Shown here: positions 17,201-25,530 of the stretch, piece after piece
Layout: every line of letters starts with the position of its first letter
How positions within the stretch are numbered: the stretch's first letter is position 1
Origin: Acidimicrobiia bacterium
GTDB taxonomy: Bacteria > Actinomycetota > Acidimicrobiia > Spongiisociales > UBA5794
Assembly: GCA_046756805.1 (NCBI GenBank)
Contig: JBHHXA010000001.1
Coordinates: 1 to 29,569, forward strand
Reading direction: 5' to 3'
DNA: 29,569 nucleotides
Translations under genes and position numbers: made by a program
Notes under the pieces: generated by a model
What the model was told of the DNA's origin: nothing
Seen by the model: the letters and a program-made list of their open reading frames with translations, nothing else
The model's database searches: none

Positions 17201-17752
17201 ATGCGACTCGGCATCGATCTCGACGGCGTTGTCGCCGACTTCAACTCCGGCTGGATGGAGCTGTACAACGACGAGTTCGGAACGGACCTGTCCGCGGATC
17301 AGGTGACGCAGTGGAACGGCATCAACACGCTCACCCACTTCGCATCGATGCGGGCGTTCTGGCATTGGGCGCAGCGCGGCGACGAACCCTCGATCTTCCG
17401 TCACTTCGACACGTTCCCCGGCGCCGTGGAGTCACTCGACACCCTCGCCAGCGATCACGAGATCGTCATCATCACAACGAAGCCGAGGTGGGCCGTGCAC
17501 GACACGTATGCGTGGATAGCGGACAAGCAACTGCCCACCCGCGAGATCCACGTCACCGCAGACAAGTGGCGGATCGGGTGCGACGTCTATCTCGAAGACT
17601 CGCCGTACCAGCTCCCGAAGTTGGTAGAGCACCGTCCTGAGAGCGTCGTCTGCCGTTTCGTCCGCTCTTGGAACAGACCCGTCGCCGGTGCCCGCGATGT
17701 GAGGAGCTGGGAATCGTTCGTCGCCATCGTCCGTGAAGTCTCCGGACGCTGA
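17201..17752 (+). CDS. HAD-family 5'(3')-deoxyribonucleotidase (NT5C-like)
   Basis: HAD motif I 'GIDLDGVVADF', 'PGAVESL', motif II 'IITT', 'K...CDVYLEDSP', 'SWN'. Confidence 0.85.
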   Translation: MRLGIDLDGVVADFNSGWMELYNDEFGTDLSADQVTQWNGINTLTHFASMRAFWHWAQRGDEPSIFRHFDTFPGAVESLDTLASDHEIVIITTKPRWAVHDTYAWIADKQLPTREIHVTADKWRIGCDVYLEDSPYQLPKLVEHRPESVVCRFVRSWNRPVAGARDVRSWESFVAIVREVSGR

Positions 17753-17780
17753 GATCGGGCTCACGGACAGAATTCGCGAG

Positions 17781-17810
17781 CTGACGTTGGCGGCTCGCAG
17801 TCGCTAGCCT
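17781..17810 (+). promoter_or_regulatory. Putative housekeeping-sigma promoter for phnDCE
   Basis: CTGACG (17781-86), 18-nt spacer, TAGCCT (17805-10). The leader contains a GACCGC-TCCG-GCGGTC hairpin (17848-63) and an AGGAG SD. Confidence 0.4.
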
Positions 17811-17895
17811 TCGCATCGCGCGTGCCCTGAGCCGCGCCCCAGGGGAGGACCGCTCCGGCGGTCGAGAGAGACGCCGATCAAGGAGTGCACCACAG

Positions 17896-19074
17896 ATGAC
17901 GATCCGCAAGCTCGCGGCGATCTTTGCCGCGTTTGCCCTCATCGCCGCTGCGTGCGGGGATGACGACGAAGTAACGGCCCCCACGGCCGCCACGACGGCG
18001 GCGCCGACCACAACGGCCGCACCCGTCACCACGACTGCCGCACCCGTCACCACGACGGCGGCACCCACCACCACGACCACCACGGAGGCACCCGCACCGG
18101 GCATCGGCTCCGAGGAGAACCCGATCCAGGTCCTCTTCGTTCCGTCGGTGAGCGCCGAGGAGATCATCGAAGGTGGCGAGTTGATGGCGAAGACGCTCAA
18201 CGAGACCACCGGTCTGTTCTTCGACGTGAGCGTGCCGACCTCGTACGCATCGACCGTCGAGGAGATGTGCGCCTCCCCGGACAACACGATGGGGTTCATC
18301 CCCGCACAGGCGTATGTGCTGGGCAACGAGCTCTGTGGCATCGACGTGGCCCTCAAGTCGTTGCGATTCGGCTACACCGAGTACTGGACGCAGTTCATCG
18401 TCCCGCGTGACAGCGACGTCCAATCGATCGCCGACCTCGCAGGCAAGACGTGGGCCTATCCGGATGCCGGATCCACTTCCGGTTTCCTCGTTCCGAGCGG
18501 TCTGTTGCAGAGCCTGGGCATCGAACCCGGAGACTCGTTCGAGGCGGGCGGTCACAGCGCCACGGCACGGGCCATCTACAACGGTGAGGCCGACTTCGGC
18601 ACGACGTTCTACAGCCCCCAGATCAGCGCCGATCGCGACGTGCTTTGGGACGGGACGGCGGAAGGCGCCGACGTGTCGGACCCCTCTTCGTGTGTCATCG
18701 ACGAGGGCGGCCAGATCCAGTGCGGCGACGAGTTCCCCAGGGATGCCCGCCGCAACATCCGCTCTGAGGCGCCGGACGTGATCCAGAAGGTGAGGATCGT
18801 CACGCTGTCGGATCCGATCCCGAACGACACGCTGAGCTTCGGGCCGGAGTTCCCGGAGGACACGAAGCAGGCCATCCTCGATGCGTTGTTCGACTTCGCA
18901 GCCCTCGTCGCGGACGGTCGTGACGACGGCCTCGAGGCGAGCGCCGGCGAGCTCTTCGAGCAGGCATTCGATGCCTACTCGTGGTCCGGAATCGCGGAGA
19001 CGAGCGATGCCGACTTCGACTTCATCCGTGGGCTCGTCCAGGCCCTCGGGATCACGGTCGGTGACCTCGGGTAG
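17896..19074 (+). CDS. phnD: Phosphate/phosphite/phosphonate ABC transporter substrate-binding lipoprotein (PhnD family)
   Basis: Lipobox 'LIAAAC', Thr/Ala/Pro linker, 'VLFVPS', 'WAYPDAGSTSGFLVP', 'GGH', 'IPND'; followed by phnC and phnE. Confidence 0.88.
   Translation: MTIRKLAAIFAAFALIAAACGDDDEVTAPTAATTAAPTTTAAPVTTTAAPVTTTAAPTTTTTTEAPAPGIGSEENPIQVLFVPSVSAEEIIEGGELMAKTLNETTGLFFDVSVPTSYASTVEEMCASPDNTMGFIPAQAYVLGNELCGIDVALKSLRFGYTEYWTQFIVPRDSDVQSIADLAGKTWAYPDAGSTSGFLVPSGLLQSLGIEPGDSFEAGGHSATARAIYNGEADFGTTFYSPQISADRDVLWDGTAEGADVSDPSSCVIDEGGQIQCGDEFPRDARRNIRSEAPDVIQKVRIVTLSDPIPNDTLSFGPEFPEDTKQAILDALFDFAALVADGRDDGLEASAGELFEQAFDAYSWSGIAETSDADFDFIRGLVQALGITVGDLG
17992..18072. repeat. Degenerate 21-bp tandem repeat (about 4 copies) encoding the TT(T)AAP(V/T) linker
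   Basis: aca acg gcc gca ccc gtc acc / acg act gcc gca ccc gtc acc / acg acg gcg gca ccc acc acc, plus a shorter upstream copy. Confidence 0.85.
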
Positions 19075-19148
19075 CAGCCGCACGTCGTACACATGCACTA
19101 CGGGCGGTCGCTTCAGGAGGGCAGGCTGGCGACAATGACGAGCCGTTC

Positions 19149-19901
19149 ATGCTGAAGGTCGAGCATCTCACCAAGGTCTACGAAGGCGGGACCCAGGCGC
19201 TGACCGACGTCAGCTTCGAGGTGAACGAAGGCGAGTTCCTCGCGGTCATCGGTCTCAGCGGATCGGGCAAGTCGACCCTGCTGCGATGTATCAACCGTCT
19301 CATCGAGCCCACAGAGGGCACGATCACCTGGAACGGTGAAGACGTCACTGCGGCTTCGCAGGAAGACCTGCGGAGGATCCGGCGCAGGATCGGGATGGTC
19401 TTCCAACATTTCAACCTCATCCACCGCTCCAAAGTCATCACCAACGTGCTCGGCGGCAGGCTCGGCTACACCAACCCTGCGCTGTCGCTCATCAACAAGT
19501 TCTCGTCGGACGACGTGGAAAAGGCACTACGTGCCCTGGAGCGGGTCGGTCTCGAGGAGAAAGCGCACCAACGATCCGATGCTCTCTCGGGAGGCCAGCA
19601 GCAACGGGTCGGCGTGGCGAGAGCCCTCATGCAGGACCCCGAGATCATCCTCGCCGACGAGCCCGTCGCCAGCCTCGATCCCGTTCTGGCGCACTCGATC
19701 ATGCAGTACCTCGAACTCATCAACAAGACGGACGGCGTGATGGTGTTGTGCAGCCTCCACTTCCTCGACCTCGTCCACCGCTATGCAGACCGAGTCGTGG
19801 CGCTCAACGAGGGGCAGGTCGTCTTCCAGGGGCTCCCCCAGGAGATCGACGACGAGAAGTTCAAGGAGATCTACGGCAGAGAGGCCGAGCGGGTTGGCTG
19901 A
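19149..19901 (+). CDS. phnC: Phosphonate-type ABC transporter ATP-binding protein
   Basis: Walker A 'GLSGSGKST', 'GMVFQHFNL', 'NVLGGRLG', signature 'LSGGQQQRV', '[10 protein letters not shown]', 'CSLH'. Confidence 0.95.
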   Translation: MLKVEHLTKVYEGGTQALTDVSFEVNEGEFLAVIGLSGSGKSTLLRCINRLIEPTEGTITWNGEDVTAASQEDLRRIRRRIGMVFQHFNLIHRSKVITNVLGGRLGYTNPALSLINKFSSDDVEKALRALERVGLEEKAHQRSDALSGGQQQRVGVARALMQDPEIILADEPVASLDPVLAHSIMQYLELINKTDGVMVLCSLHFLDLVHRYADRVVALNEGQVVFQGLPQEIDDEKFKEIYGREAERVG

Positions 19902-19923
19902 CACGGGGCAGCGTCCGCCGGAA

Positions 19924-21873
19924 ATGGGCGAACCGCCGGACACGGCAGACGAGCGTGCGTCACGGCGGCGTGGCGGGTTCCGCAGACGATTCATCGTCCT
20001 GCTCGTCGGGATCATCGCCGCGGTCGTCGTCTATGCCTTCGCATTCGAGAAGACCGACGTCGACCTCGAAGAGATCACATCGGAGACCCGCCAGGCATCT
20101 CTCTTCCGCATCCTGCGCGCGCTCGCCCATCCCGACCTCGTGACGTTCTCCACCGAGGAGATCACGGTTTCGACGGACGTCTACCTCCCCTGCAACCCGT
20201 CCGCTCCTGCCGTCGCGGTCCCAACCTCAGGGCCCCGGCTCGTGATGTCGCCGCCGTGCGCAGAGCCGGGGTCGGTCGTCACGATCGAGGGCATCGGATT
20301 CGCCGGCAACGAGACGGGAACGCTCGCCTTCATCCCGGATTCTGAGTTTGCCGTGAGCCTGCGCCTCGAACGCTTTGCGGCAGACGCATCGGGCAACTTC
20401 AGTGTCGAGACCGAGATCCCCGAGAGACCGTCGGAGAACCCGCAGCAGATCGAAGCGGTGACCAGCGTCAACATCGGATCGCTGCGGAACTTCTTCAACC
20501 CGTTCGACGCACCCGACACCGAATGGACCGACGACAACAGCGACGGCATCCAGGACCCGGATGAGCTCGTCGCCTCGCCCCGGTGGTCGACCAACGCGAC
20601 GAGAACATGGGAGCTCATCACCGAGACCGTGATGATGGCCCTCCTTGCCACCACCCTCGGAACGGCTCTCGCCGTACCGCTCTCGTTCTTCGCCGCCAAG
20701 AACCTCATGCGCGACATCTCCACGCCGGTCATCAACCTGGCGATGACGATCATTGCCCTGCCCATCGGGATCTTTCTCGGTGTGATCGGGGCCCGTGCGG
20801 CCCGATCACTGAGCGACCCATTCATCGACAGCGCCTGGATCGAGCTCGTGGGGTTGATCGTGCTGCCCCTCGCGATGTGGCTCTCATTCCGCTGGGCCGT
20901 CCCCGAGACCGAAGACGAACCACCGACGCCGGGCCTCAGGGCGGCTCGCATCGGCGTGCTGCTCGCAGCGGCCGTGGCCGCCATCCTGACACTCATCCTG
21001 CTCAGCGCGTTTGCTCTCGACATCGGCGATGCCATCGACCGCAACGGGGGGGCGCTTGGTTTCCTCGGGAACTTCGTCGCGAGGCTCGGTGAGATCCTCG
21101 ACGTCGTCATCAGCCTGATCGCTTCGTTGCTGGGCGCCGGCATCCTCATGACGTTTGCGGGCCGGTTTGCGTACCTGCTCCGAAGCCGGTTCCCCCGCGA
21201 CGTCACGCGCACCATCTCGCTCTTCCTCGCACCGGTCGCCGGTTTGGTCGTCGGGCTCGGGGTGGGGTTCGCCATCGACTGGTTCGCAGACTTCGAGGGC
21301 TCACTCACCCTGGTCGTCCCTGGCATCATCGGCGCCCTCTTCGGGTTGTACGTCGCACTCCGCAGCTGGAACACCGAGTCCGTGGGTACCGGTCTGGTCG
21401 TGTACTACATGGGAAGAACGCTGTTCAACACGTTGCGCTCGATCGAACCCCTCGTGATGGTGATCGTGTTCGTCGTCTGGATCGGCGTCGGCCCCTTCGC
21501 AGGGTCGCTCGCACTGGCTCTCCACACGACGGCGGCCCTGGCCAAGCTCTACTCGGAGCAGGTCGAGAGCATCATGACCGGGCCGATCGAGGCGATCCGG
21601 GCCACCGGCGCCACACGCATCCAGACGATCGTATATGCGGTGGTTCCCCAGATCGTGCCCCCGTACATCTCGTTCACCATGTATCGCTGGGACATCAACG
21701 TGCGCATGTCCACGATCATCGGGTTCGCTGGCGGCGGAGGCATCGGGTTCCTCCTTCAACAGAACATCAACCTCCTGCAATACCAGTCTGCGGCAGCACA
21801 GATGCTGGCCATCGCGATCGTCGTCGCAACGATGGACTACATCAGCTCCCGGCTGCGGGAACGCTTGGTCTGA
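19924..21873 (+). CDS. phnE: Extended PhnE-family ABC permease (about 649 aa)
   Basis: PhnE core 'ETVMMALLAT.LG', 'LRSIEPLV', 'LAKLYSEQVE', EAA 'EAIRATGA', 'YRWDINVRMST.IG..GGGGIG', plus large insertions. Start placed at ATG 19924, just after the phnC stop. Confidence 0.9.
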   Translation: MGEPPDTADERASRRRGGFRRRFIVLLVGIIAAVVVYAFAFEKTDVDLEEITSETRQASLFRILRALAHPDLVTFSTEEITVSTDVYLPCNPSAPAVAVPTSGPRLVMSPPCAEPGSVVTIEGIGFAGNETGTLAFIPDSEFAVSLRLERFAADASGNFSVETEIPERPSENPQQIEAVTSVNIGSLRNFFNPFDAPDTEWTDDNSDGIQDPDELVASPRWSTNATRTWELITETVMMALLATTLGTALAVPLSFFAAKNLMRDISTPVINLAMTIIALPIGIFLGVIGARAARSLSDPFIDSAWIELVGLIVLPLAMWLSFRWAVPETEDEPPTPGLRAARIGVLLAAAVAAILTLILLSAFALDIGDAIDRNGGALGFLGNFVARLGEILDVVISLIASLLGAGILMTFAGRFAYLLRSRFPRDVTRTISLFLAPVAGLVVGLGVGFAIDWFADFEGSLTLVVPGIIGALFGLYVALRSWNTESVGTGLVVYYMGRTLFNTLRSIEPLVMVIVFVVWIGVGPFAGSLALALHTTAALAKLYSEQVESIMTGPIEAIRATGATRIQTIVYAVVPQIVPPYISFTMYRWDINVRMSTIIGFAGGGGIGFLLQQNINLLQYQSAAAQMLAIAIVVATMDYISSRLRERLV

Positions 21874-21878
21874 TCGCC

Positions 21879-22877
21879 GTGGGCTCCTTCCGTCTCCGGA
21901 CGCGGGCCGATGCGGAGCGCATCGAACGGGAAGCGCTGGCACCTGGAGCCACGTTGTCCGCGGAGAGCAAGGGGAGAGCGGTAGCCGAGGAGCCGGACGA
22001 CCATCGCACCGTCTTCGAGCGCGATCGGGACCGGATCCTGCACTCCAAAGCCTTCAGGAGGCTCAAGCACAAGACCCAGGTCTTCATGAACCCGGAGGAC
22101 GACCACTTCGTCACCAGGCTCACCCACACGCTCAAGGTCGCCCAGATCGGCCGGTCCATCGCCCGCTACCTCTCGCTCAACGAGACCCTTACCGAAGCCG
22201 TGAGTCTGGCCCACGACGTCGGTCACAGCCCGTTCGGACACACGGGCGAGGAAGCGTTGAGCTATTTCGTCGACGGCGAGTGGCGGCACTCGGACCAGAG
22301 CACACGGATCTTCGAAGTTCTCGAGCCGCTCAACCTGACCTGGGAAGTCCGCGACGGGATCCGAGCCCACCCCTGGAAGGTGCCGGTGCCGCCGGCGACG
22401 CCCGAAGGCATGATCGTTCGCTACGCAGACCGCATCGCCTATCTGTCCCACGACGCCGAGGATGCGCTGCGGGCGGGCGTCCTAGCTCGCACCGATTTCC
22501 CCGGGGAGGCCATCGCCGCCTTCGGCGAGCCGGGAAGGCAATGGATCGCATCGATGGTCGATGCGGTGCTCGACGAGTCGCTGGCCAAAGGCGAGATCAG
22601 TATGGAGCCGCAACATCTCGCCGTGATGCACCGGCTGCGGACGTTCATGTTCGAGCGGGTCTACCTCCGCGCCGAGGTCGACGGCCAGCGACGTCGGGCA
22701 CGGGAGATCGTGACGGACCTCGTGTCCTACTTCCTCGACCACCCGGACGAGATACCGTCTTCGTACCGCCACGAGGACGCCGATGTCATCACGCAGGTGA
22801 TCGACTACGTAGCGGGAATGACCGACCGGTTTGCGATCCGCACCCACGACGAACGGTTCCGGCCCCGGTTGTTCTGA
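21879..22877 (+). CDS. dgt: HD-domain dGTP triphosphohydrolase-like protein
   Basis: 'FERDRDRILHSKAFRRLKHKTQVF', 'TRLTHT', 'AHDVGHSPFGHTGE', 'YADRIAYLSHDAED', 'DYVAGMTDRFA'. Confidence 0.92.
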   Translation: MGSFRLRTRADAERIEREALAPGATLSAESKGRAVAEEPDDHRTVFERDRDRILHSKAFRRLKHKTQVFMNPEDDHFVTRLTHTLKVAQIGRSIARYLSLNETLTEAVSLAHDVGHSPFGHTGEEALSYFVDGEWRHSDQSTRIFEVLEPLNLTWEVRDGIRAHPWKVPVPPATPEGMIVRYADRIAYLSHDAEDALRAGVLARTDFPGEAIAAFGEPGRQWIASMVDAVLDESLAKGEISMEPQHLAVMHRLRTFMFERVYLRAEVDGQRRRAREIVTDLVSYFLDHPDEIPSSYRHEDADVITQVIDYVAGMTDRFAIRTHDERFRPRLF

Positions 22878-22892
22878 AAATCGAGCGACCGC

Positions 22893-23528
22893 TCAGCCGG
22901 ACTGCCACCACGGCTCATCCGCCTCCCACGAGGCGTCGCTCCCCCAGCGCTCGGAGTAGACCACGTCGCGAGCAGGTGCCCGCGCTGCGAGACCCCACCG
23001 CCCCAGCGGATAGCCGCAGGTGACGGCCGCGGCATTCGTCCAGCCCTTGTCGCGGGGCACATCGAGCAAGGCAAACAGCTCATCGCTCTTGAACATGCCG
23101 AGAATGGTCGTGAGCGTCGTGCCGACACCCCGGCCTCTCGCCGCGAGCATCAGGTTCCACACCGCGGGATAGATCGAGGCACCGGATGGATCGTTCCTGT
23201 GAAACGCGAGCACGACGAGAGGTACCTCCGCAAAGTGCTCCGCCAGCCACGACGACGAAGACAGGATCCTGCGGTCCTGGTCGTTGGCGGGCTCGACACC
23301 TGCGTAGACCGTGTTCTGGAGGATCTCGAACGCATCGGCGTACAGGGTGCCGAGGCTCTTCATGGTTTCCCGATCGGTGACGGTCAGCCATCGCCAGTTC
23401 TGGGCGTTGGAGCCGGATGGGGCTCGCACCGCAGCATCGAGCATGCACCGCACCACGTCGGCAGGGACGGGGTCGGGCTTCATCCTCCGCATGGCACGGG
23501 TCGTGTACAGCGCTTCGTAGAGATCCAC
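22893..23528 (-). CDS. Nitroreductase family protein
   Basis: 'LYEALYTTRAMRR..PDPVP', 'RAPSGSNAQNW', 'NLMLAARGRGVG', 'CGYP'. Confidence 0.92.
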   Translation of the reverse strand: MDLYEALYTTRAMRRMKPDPVPADVVRCMLDAAVRAPSGSNAQNWRWLTVTDRETMKSLGTLYADAFEILQNTVYAGVEPANDQDRRILSSSSWLAEHFAEVPLVVLAFHRNDPSGASIYPAVWNLMLAARGRGVGTTLTTILGMFKSDELFALLDVPRDKGWTNAAAVTCGYPLGRWGLAARAPARDVVYSERWGSDASWEADEPWWQSG

Positions 23529-23538
23529 GCGAGGGACC

Positions 23539-23850
23539 CTACCCCGGGTCTTCCCGGAGCTTCGCCGTCACCGACTGGATCTTGTCATCCATGGATTGCA
23601 TGCGGTCGACCCGCGTACCGAGGCGCATCGAAGTCGAGATCCGGGGCGCACCCATCTCATGGACGACCTCGTGGCAGCGGCGGACTGCCGCCATCACCCC
23701 GTCCCAATCGCCCTCGATGTTGGTGCCGTACGCATGGAGGCGATGCTCGAGACCGGCCTCGGCGATGACCCGCTCGCAAGCGGCTACGTACTCGGACACG
23801 GAGACACCGACACCGATGGGCACCACGCAGAGATCGACCACGACTCGCAT
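23539..23850 (-). CDS. MTH1187/YkoF-like thiamine-binding protein
   Basis: 'VVPIGVGVSVSEYVA', 'HAYGTNIEGDWD', 'RISTSMRLGTR.D', 'KIQSV'. ATG 23850 has TACGCT 7 nt upstream. Confidence 0.9.
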   Translation of the reverse strand: MRVVVDLCVVPIGVGVSVSEYVAACERVIAEAGLEHRLHAYGTNIEGDWDGVMAAVRRCHEVVHEMGAPRISTSMRLGTRVDRMQSMDDKIQSVTAKLREDPG

Positions 23851-23867
23851 GTGAGGGAGCGTACTCA

Positions 23868-24278
23868 TCAGCCGGCGAGCGAGGCCAGGACGAAGAACCC
23901 GACCAGATTGAGGGCGGTCCAGCCGAGACACAGCCCCACATACCGCCGGGTCCACACCACCCATCCCGCCGACCGGGCCGCGATCGCGCTCCCGACGAGA
24001 TACCACAACGGGAAGCTCGTCAGCGCCCCGACGAAGATGATGGTGAAACGTCCCGCATCGACGAAGTCGAATGCGAAGAGCCACGCCACCGGTTCCGCAA
24101 CCAGCAGGAGGATCGCGCTGAGGAACGCCGCGGCCAGGTCCGCAGAACCTCCGTCCTGGTTGAAGCCCGTGTGCACCGCGAGCACGACGAGGAGCAGCGG
24201 GAAGGTGAGCGCCGCCATCCCGCCGGTGACGCGGGGCAGTCCCACCCGTCTGGTCGAGAAGCTCAGCTCGCCGGTCAC
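23868..24278 (-). CDS. Hypothetical membrane protein (about 4 TM)
   Basis: Hydrophobic ORF filling the gap between annotated genes. TAGCCT -10 lies 7 nt before the GTG. Confidence 0.7.
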   Translation of the reverse strand: MTGELSFSTRRVGLPRVTGGMAALTFPLLLVVLAVHTGFNQDGGSADLAAAFLSAILLLVAEPVAWLFAFDFVDAGRFTIIFVGALTSFPLWYLVGSAIAARSAGWVVWTRRYVGLCLGWTALNLVGFFVLASLAG

Positions 24279-24351
24279 AAGCCAGAGGCTAACGGCGGTG
24301 AGGGCTCCGGTAGCATTCGCAGGCGGTGCGACGACGAGGGAGGCACAGATC

Positions 24352-24570
24352 GTGACGGATTACATCGAACAAGGGGCTGTGAAGGTCGTCGAGCTCATAG
24401 GGATCTCCGACAAGAGCTTCGAGGATGCCGTGCAACAAGCGGTGACGAAGGCCTCAGAGAGCATCAGCGGGATCACCGGCGTCGAAGTCCAGACGCTCAA
24501 CGCCCGTGTCGAGGGAGGTCGGATCTCTCAGTACCGCGCAGCGGTGAAGCTCGCCTTTGCCGTCAAATAG
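24352..24570 (+). CDS. Dodecin-family protein
   Basis: 'KVVELIGISDKSFEDAVQQAV.KAS', 'EGGRISQYR..VKLAF'. GGGAGG SD, TAGCAT -10 at 24311-16. Confidence 0.9.
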   Translation: MTDYIEQGAVKVVELIGISDKSFEDAVQQAVTKASESISGITGVEVQTLNARVEGGRISQYRAAVKLAFAVK

Positions 24571-24600
24571 CGGACGGCCGCCGGCCCGGGACGCACTCTC

Positions 24601-24870
24601 CTAGAGGGGGGCAGGGCCGGGCGCTTCCGAGGCGTCTCCACCGTCGCCGCGCCCCATCGAGGCGGCGATGTAGGCGGTGCGGAGCGACCGATCGGTCTTC
24701 GGCCCGCCGCTGCCGTCGGCGCCCAGGTTGGCCGATCCCTGGAAGGAGCAAACCGCCCCCTCGGTCTTCGAACCGAACACGCCGTCTGCGGTTCCGCAGT
24801 CGTGACCTTCCGCACTGAGCTTGTCCTGTACCTCTCCCACGTCGTCTCCGGTGGACCCTTTTCGCAGCAT
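24601..24870 (-). CDS. Stand-alone peptidoglycan-binding (PG_binding_1) domain protein
   Basis: 'LRKGSTGDDVGEVQDKL', 'ADGVFGSKTEGAV.SFQ', 'LGADG..GPKT'. GGAG SD 6 nt before ATG 24870. Confidence 0.8.
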   Translation of the reverse strand: MLRKGSTGDDVGEVQDKLSAEGHDCGTADGVFGSKTEGAVCSFQGSANLGADGSGGPKTDRSLRTAYIAASMGRGDGGDASEAPGPAPL

Positions 24871-24974
24871 GGAGCGCTCCACTCTCCTCTTCGTTCGAGG
24901 CAGCGGAGCAGGCTCGCCGCCAACCCGCCGGGGGCACGGCGGTGGCACGAGGTCCTTGTGGTTACGCTCCGACG

Positions 24975-25472
24975 ATGCGAGCCACGCTGCGACGCGCCCG
25001 AGCGGCGGACGCCGCCCGGATGACCGCCATCTACAACGAGTACGTCGTCGGATCACACGTGTCTTTCGACATGGAACCGTGGACCATCGAGGAGCGACGG
25101 ATCTGGCTCGCGTCCAAGAACGAGGGCCTTCACCAGGCGTGGGTGGCCGTCATCGACGGCGACGTCGTCGGTTCGGCGTGGAGCGGCCCGTGGCGGGCCA
25201 AGGAGGCCTATGCCCGATCCGTGGAGACGACGGTCGTCCTGGACCCGGCATGGTTGGGCCGCGGGATCGGAGCGCATCTCTATCGCGCCCTGCTCGACGC
25301 CGTCGAGACGGCAGGAGCGCACCGGGCGTATGCGGTCGTCGCGCTCCCCAACGATGCCTCGATAGCCCTCCACCACAAGCTCGGCTTCCGTACGGTCGGC
25401 GTGCTCGACGAGGCCGGAGCGAAGTTGGGCAGCTGGTGGTCTACAGAGCTCCTCGAGCGCAAGCTGGGATGA
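24975..25472 (+). CDS. GNAT N-acetyltransferase (phosphinothricin acetyltransferase/YncA-like)
   Basis: 'AIYNEYV', 'SFD.EP', 'WRAKEAY..SVE', 'GRGIGAHLY', 'PNDASIALHHKLGF', 'G.KLGSWW'. TACGCT 6 nt before the ATG. Confidence 0.92.
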   Translation: MRATLRRARAADAARMTAIYNEYVVGSHVSFDMEPWTIEERRIWLASKNEGLHQAWVAVIDGDVVGSAWSGPWRAKEAYARSVETTVVLDPAWLGRGIGAHLYRALLDAVETAGAHRAYAVVALPNDASIALHHKLGFRTVGVLDEAGAKLGSWWSTELLERKLG

Positions 25473-25530
25473 CGCCGGCACCCCGGCTCGCCCTCGGCGA
25501 AAGGGCGCGTACGGCTAGCGTGCTCGGTGT

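Noticed and set aside
15587-18072. Tandem repeats in dnaX and phnD as CRISPR or contingency loci
   Set aside because: They are in-frame 21-bp coding repeats in low-complexity linkers, with no spacers and no cas genes.
24975-25472. GNAT as a PhnO-like partner of the phn transporter
   Set aside because: It is 3 kb away, separated by unrelated genes, has its own promoter, and belongs to a very common family.
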